Source: Candidatus Heimdallarchaeota archaeon (GTDB lineage Archaea > Asgardarchaeota > Heimdallarchaeia > Heimdallarchaeales > Heimdallarchaeaceae). From it: a DNA stretch of 8,108 nt. Both the position numbers and the translations under genes were made by a program. Positions 5,903 to 8,108 of the stretch are shown piece by piece. The notes below the pieces were generated by a model. That model did not search any database. It had not been told where the DNA came from and was given only the letters and a program-made list of their open reading frames with translations. Within the stretch, counting starts at the first letter, position 1, and every line of letters begins with the position of its first letter. The DNA lies in NCBI GenBank assembly GCA_030668875.1, contig DAOVER010000085.1, positions 1-8,108 on the forward strand. Reading direction: 5' to 3'.

Positions 5903-7435
5903 CTATAGATCCATTTTCTTAAGTTGTTGTTTGATCTCAGCTACTTTTTCCTTATTCAAAGTATTAAGTTTCCAGAAAACAAGTGCTCCAATTATAACCA
6001 GTATAGCTGGTATTAATGCCAAATGGAAATTGATTCCCCACAGAGCGAGATCGGTCTGAGTAGTAGCGTTAGGATCAGAATTGAAACCTGTAAGTTCATG
6101 TAGAGCCCAGAAGGATAGAGCTTGGACAGCAAAGGATAAACGCCCGAAAAATGCTCGAAAACCTAAGAATATCCCATCATTTCTTTTTCCTGTTTTCACA
6201 ACTATCTCATCTATTGAATCAGCCATAGCTGGAGTCATGATAAGCCAAAAACCACCAAAACTCATTCCCCAGAAGACTAAAGCGATGATGAAACCAATTT
6301 GACTACGAAGGAAAATCATCGGGATGAAACTTGCACCAATTAGTAGAGCAGCTATCGTAATCATCTTTTGATTGTTTTGAACCTTTTTAATGAAGTATAA
6401 CCAGATAGGGATTGAGATTAAAGCTCCGACTAACATAGCAGCAAAAATAGGCGTTGTTTTTGATACATCTCCTAAGAAATATTTCCCAACATAATGTATA
6501 CTTCCTGTCAGTGACATGGTAGCAGCTTGATAGAAGAAGAAAAGCAGAATAAAAGCGACGAAATTTCTATGAGTAAAAGCTTTTCTTAACTGTTTGAAGA
6601 ACCCTTCTTTTTCCTCAGTTTCAATACTTTTCATGTACCGTTCAATCATTTTGGGTGTTTCTTTTACTCCAGGTATCATTACAAATATTAGAATAAAACC
6701 TGCTATGGAAAATACCCATCCATTAGTGATGAATGTTGATGAATTATCTACAGTTGTTGAAAATATAGAACTATTAAGGGCAAATACCGAAGAAAAATCA
6801 ATGTATGTTGAAAATGCCCATAAAGGGTCTGTAAAACTATACTCAACGATAAACGTTGGGAGTAAGGCTCCAGCAGCAATACCAAAAACTCCAATTACGA
6901 TCGCGATACTCGCGGCCTTATTGCGAACATTATGACTCCGAAACTTATCAACAAAGGTGCTCTGATAATTAACTTCCCAAACTGAGTAAAGGGTATCATA
7001 CAAACAAATAGTCAGCACCATCCAAGTAAAAACAGCACCTTGATTTGATCTTATAGATGTAGGGACAGCAAATATGAGAACAAAGGAGAAAACCCAAACA
7101 AGTGCCCCAAAAATAATCCACGGAAACCGTCTTCCGAGTTTCTTTGAAAGAAAAGTTGGTTTCTCAGTAAGAAAGCCAATAATAGGATCGTTTACTGCAT
7201 TCCAAATAGAATAAATAACAATTGCAAGAGTAACCATCCATGTTGCCAAACCAAGTTCTGTCTCGAAATAGAAGAAAACAAGAGCGCCAAAAGCACCTGT
7301 GAAGAATTCAGCTTGAAACTTTCCAACACCATATGAACCCATAATCCCAGTAGATCGAAGTTTGGATTTTGGTGAAGTGTCTGATGCCTCATCATCAAAA
7401 GATGTTGATTTAACAGAATCGTTATCATTAATCAT
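5903..7435 (-). CDS. MFS transporter, GPH (MelB/MFS_2) sugar:cation symporter family, 510 aa
   Basis: About 12 hydrophobic segments. GPH motifs IWNAVNDPIIGFLTEK, LGRRFPW, LYDTLYS, MADSIDE..VKTGKRNDGIF.G and FFGRLS. Confidence 0.92.
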   Translation of the reverse strand: MINDNDSVKSTSFDDEASDTSPKSKLRSTGIMGSYGVGKFQAEFFTGAFGALVFFYFETELGLATWMVTLAIVIYSIWNAVNDPIIGFLTEKPTFLSKKLGRRFPWIIFGALVWVFSFVLIFAVPTSIRSNQGAVFTWMVLTICLYDTLYSVWEVNYQSTFVDKFRSHNVRNKAASIAIVIGVFGIAAGALLPTFIVEYSFTDPLWAFSTYIDFSSVFALNSSIFSTTVDNSSTFITNGWVFSIAGFILIFVMIPGVKETPKMIERYMKSIETEEKEGFFKQLRKAFTHRNFVAFILLFFFYQAATMSLTGSIHYVGKYFLGDVSKTTPIFAAMLVGALISIPIWLYFIKKVQNNQKMITIAALLIGASFIPMIFLRSQIGFIIALVFWGMSFGGFWLIMTPAMADSIDEIVVKTGKRNDGIFLGFRAFFGRLSFAVQALSFWALHELTGFNSDPNATTQTDLALWGINFHLALIPAILVIIGALVFWKLNTLNKEKVAEIKQQLKKMDL

Positions 7436-7474
7436 AGTTCCTAAAAGAAGCAGTTTTTAAAAAAGCTTATGCAA

Positions 7475-7502
7475 GAAATAAGGAGATAAAAAGAAAAATG
7501 AA
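7475..7502 (-). terminator. T-rich tract after tRNA-Phe
   Basis: The minus strand reads ttcatttttcttttatctccttatttc directly after the CCA. Confidence 0.5.
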
Positions 7503-7610
7503 TGGTGCCCAGAGCGTGATTTTCAGCTTTCAGAACGCATCTGAAATGGTTCTTGAACACGCGACAACAGGATCTTCAGTCCTGCGCTCTCCCAGCTAAG
7601 CTATCTAGGC
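7503..7610 (-). tRNA. trnF: tRNA-Phe(GAA), CCA encoded, with a 32-nt intron in the T loop
   Basis: Acceptor stem GCCUAGA/UCUGGGC plus ACCA; D arm GCUU-AGCUGGGA-GAGC; anticodon arm CAGGA-CUGAAGA-UCCUG (anticodon at 7575-7577); variable loop UUGUC; T stem GCGUG/CACGC. The precursor is 108 nt, and removing 32 nt gives a standard 76-nt tRNA. Confidence 0.97.
7520..7551 (-). other. Archaeal BHB intron at tRNA position 59/60
   Basis: Central helix UUCA/UGAA with 3-nt bulges AGA and AAU. Cutting after the second nt of each bulge yields the T loop UUCAAGU. The intron contains the hairpin UUUCAGA-UGCGU-UCUGAAA. Confidence 0.9.
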
Positions 7611-7643
7611 AACATTGTTCTATCTTTTTTCTTCACCGTTCCA

Positions 7644-7656
7644 TTAAAAGTTTTTT
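7644..7656 (-). promoter_or_regulatory. Putative BRE/TATA for tRNA-Phe
   Basis: The minus strand reads aaaaaacTTTTAA, with the box 34-39 nt upstream of tRNA G1. Confidence 0.4.
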
Positions 7657-7719
7657 GTTCTATTTCCCTTTCTAGTTTAATCTTAAAAAATAAGTATAGT
7701 ACTCACCCTAAATGACTAA

Positions 7720-7730
7720 GAATTTATAAG
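7720..7730 (+). promoter_or_regulatory. Putative TATA box for the divergent membrane protein gene
   Basis: TTTATA at 7723-7728, about 28 nt upstream of ATG 7756 with no SD, consistent with a leaderless transcript. Confidence 0.5.
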
Positions 7731-7755
7731 TTACACTTTCTTCGTTTAATATGCT

Positions 7756-8108
7756 ATGGCACTTAAAGAAACTGATAAATTAGTAGAGAGAAAAAAACGT
7801 ACTTTATTTATTGTTCTTGGTGTTATTCTTGGTGTTTTAGTTTTCAATTTGTTTTTTCTACTCGATTTTCTTTTCTACTTTGACCCTGAATTAGAGTTAG
7901 CAATTCTCTTGCTAGCTCTTATTGGCTTGGGCGGTTTTATTTCAGGCATAATACCCTTAAAAATAGTCGATGGTTTAATCTCTGGTGCCTTTTATTCATT
8001 GTTTTTCTATATTGAAATAAATTTAATAGCGGTGTTTTACTATATACATTTGGGGGTTTTGGATGAGGTTTGGGAACCGCAGAATCTTGCCATTTCTTTG
8101 CTTTATGT
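7756..8108 (+). CDS. Hypothetical multi-pass membrane protein (3' end runs off the window)
   Basis: Not in the ORF track. The frame is open from ATG 7756 to the edge: MALKETDKLVERKKRTLFIVLGVILGVLVFNLFFLLDFLFYFDPELELAILLLALIGLGGFISGIIPLKIVDGLISGAFYSLFFYIEINLIAVFYYIHLGVLDEVWEPQNLAISLLY. A basic N-terminus precedes three or more hydrophobic segments with Gly spacing. The family is not identified. Confidence 0.85.
   Translation, partial: MALKETDKLVERKKRTLFIVLGVILGVLVFNLFFLLDFLFYFDPELELAILLLALIGLGGFISGIIPLKIVDGLISGAFYSLFFYIEINLIAVFYYIHLGVLDEVWEPQNLAISLLY

Noticed and set aside
6081-6935. Plus-strand 73-aa and 113-aa ORFs
   Set aside because: Antisense shadows of the MFS gene, which are common opposite hydrophobic coding DNA.
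7192-7428. Minus-strand 78-aa ORF in an alternative frame
   Set aside because: Lies wholly inside the MFS gene, with no independent support.
1-7502. Integrated element downstream of tRNA-Phe
   Set aside because: No integrase, transposase or repeated tRNA 3' end was seen, and gene content is metabolic.
1-8108. CRISPR array or IS element
   Set aside because: No regularly spaced repeats, terminal inverted repeats or cas/transposase motifs were found.

Overview
AT-rich archaeal window with no clear mobile element. Evidence for an archaeal origin is a bulge-helix-bulge (BHB) tRNA intron, GGTGA/GGAGG Shine-Dalgarno (SD) sites, TATA-like boxes about 25-30 nt upstream of starts, and oligo-T tracts after genes. 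An Asgard-like origin is plausible but only inferred. Almost all genes are on the minus strand. In transcription order they are: tRNA-Phe(GAA) with a 32-nt T-loop intron, a GPH-family MFS transporter, a small Cys/His-rich zinc-finger protein, DNA-3-methyladenine glycosylase I, an aldo/keto reductase, an unannotated 300-nt interval, and an ATP-dependent hydantoinase/oxoprolinase A-B pair (B runs off the left edge). A divergent membrane protein gene runs off the right edge. The best leads are (1) the intron at tRNA position 59/60, (2) the unannotated interval, which holds a 14-aa Trp-Trp uORF inside a GC-rich hairpin followed by a 41-aa SD-led ORF and resembles leader-peptide attenuation, and (3) a C1/PHD-like zinc finger with a His-rich tail.
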